The notes beneath the pieces are model-generated. The model was given only the letters and a program-made list of their open reading frames with translations. It did no database searches and was not told the origin of the DNA. DNA of 16,109 nt from Halobacteriaceae archaeon. Its GTDB lineage: Archaea; Halobacteriota; Halobacteria; Halobacteriales; Halobacteriaceae. Below are positions 15,456 through 16,109 of this stretch, piece after piece (position 1 is the first letter of the stretch; each line of letters opens with the position of its first letter). A program made the translations under genes and the position numbers. The stretch is taken from NCBI GenBank assembly GCA_042216675.1, contig JBDGTS010000013.1, positions 1-16,109 on the forward strand. Direction: 5' to 3'.

Positions 15456-16109
15456 ATGCCACAGCCAAACCGACCACGAAAAGGATCGATGGGCTTCAGC
15501 CCGCGGAAGCGCGCGGCCAGTGAGGTGCCACGCTTCAACTCCTGGCCCGACAGCGACGGTCAACCCGGTCTGCAAGGGTTCGCCGGCTACAAAGCCGGCA
15601 TGACGCACGTCGTGATGGTCGACGACCGCTCGGAGGCGACGACGGCCGGCATGGAGACGACCGTGCCGGTCACCATCGTCGAGACGCCCCCGATGCGCGC
15701 CGTCGCCGTTCGCGCCTACGAGGACACTCCCTACGGCAAGAAGCCCCTCACGGAGATTTGGACGGACGAACACCACGACGACCTCGACCGAGCGCTCGAC
15801 GTGCCCGACGACGGTGGCGACCCGAGCGCCCTCGAGGAAGCGGTCGCGTCCGGCGACGTCGCGGACCTGCGGGTCATCACCCACACGGTCCCCGGCGACG
15901 TCGCCGGCGTCCCGAAGCGCCGCCCCGACGTGATGGAGACCCGCATCGGAGGCGGGTCACTCGACGACCGCGTCGAGTTCGCCACCGAACTGCTCGAGGA
16001 CGGCGGCGTCCACGAGATGGGCGACATCTTCCGCGCGGGCGAGTACCTCGACGCGGCGGGCGTCACGAAGGGCAAGGGCACCCAGGGCCCCGTCAAGCGC
16101 TGGGGCGTC
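15456..16109 (+). CDS. rpl3: 50S ribosomal protein L3 (uL3), 3' truncated by the window edge; absent from the ORF track
   Basis: Translated by hand: MPQPNRPRKGSMGFSPRKRA..QGFAGYKAGMTHVV..VPVTIVETPPM..GVTKGKGTQGPVKRWGV. The SD AGGTGA at 15446-15451 overlaps the upstream stop. Confidence 0.98.
   Translation, partial: MPQPNRPRKGSMGFSPRKRAASEVPRFNSWPDSDGQPGLQGFAGYKAGMTHVVMVDDRSEATTAGMETTVPVTIVETPPMRAVAVRAYEDTPYGKKPLTEIWTDEHHDDLDRALDVPDDGGDPSALEEAVASGDVADLRVITHTVPGDVAGVPKRRPDVMETRIGGGSLDDRVEFATELLEDGGVHEMGDIFRAGEYLDAAGVTKGKGTQGPVKRWGV

Overview
A GC-rich haloarchaeal (Halobacteria-like) chromosomal segment, judged from acidic proteins, a halo-type 2Fe-2S ferredoxin and mostly leaderless genes with TATA-like boxes about 28 nt upstream of the start codon. 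The housekeeping backbone is the 3' end of a Cdc48/VCP AAA+ ATPase, rps8e, a DUF2240-like gene plus a coupled hypothetical gene, pyrF, a 55-aa Cys-rich zinc-finger gene missing from the ORF track, a membrane J-domain protein, a GTPBP1-type translational GTPase, a tandem winged-helix-like gene coupled to mch, an MTH1187 protein, tRNA-Gly(GCC), a SPOUT methyltransferase and the start of rpl3. Probable accessory genes are interspersed: a ~717-aa cytoplasmic glycoside-hydrolase-like protein, a fused ABC exporter, a J-domain/2Fe-2S ferredoxin fusion, an aldo/keto reductase and an L-rhamnonate-dehydratase-like enolase. The most interesting leads are (1) the GH-like protein, which resembles GH138 but appears to have altered catalytic positions, (2) an 11-codon leaderless uORF coupled to its start, (3) a multi-hairpin tRNA trailer containing degenerate copies of the tRNA 3' end, and (4) the J-domain-ferredoxin fusion. 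No integrase, transposase or CRISPR array is visible. All family calls come from motif recognition and memory, not database searches.
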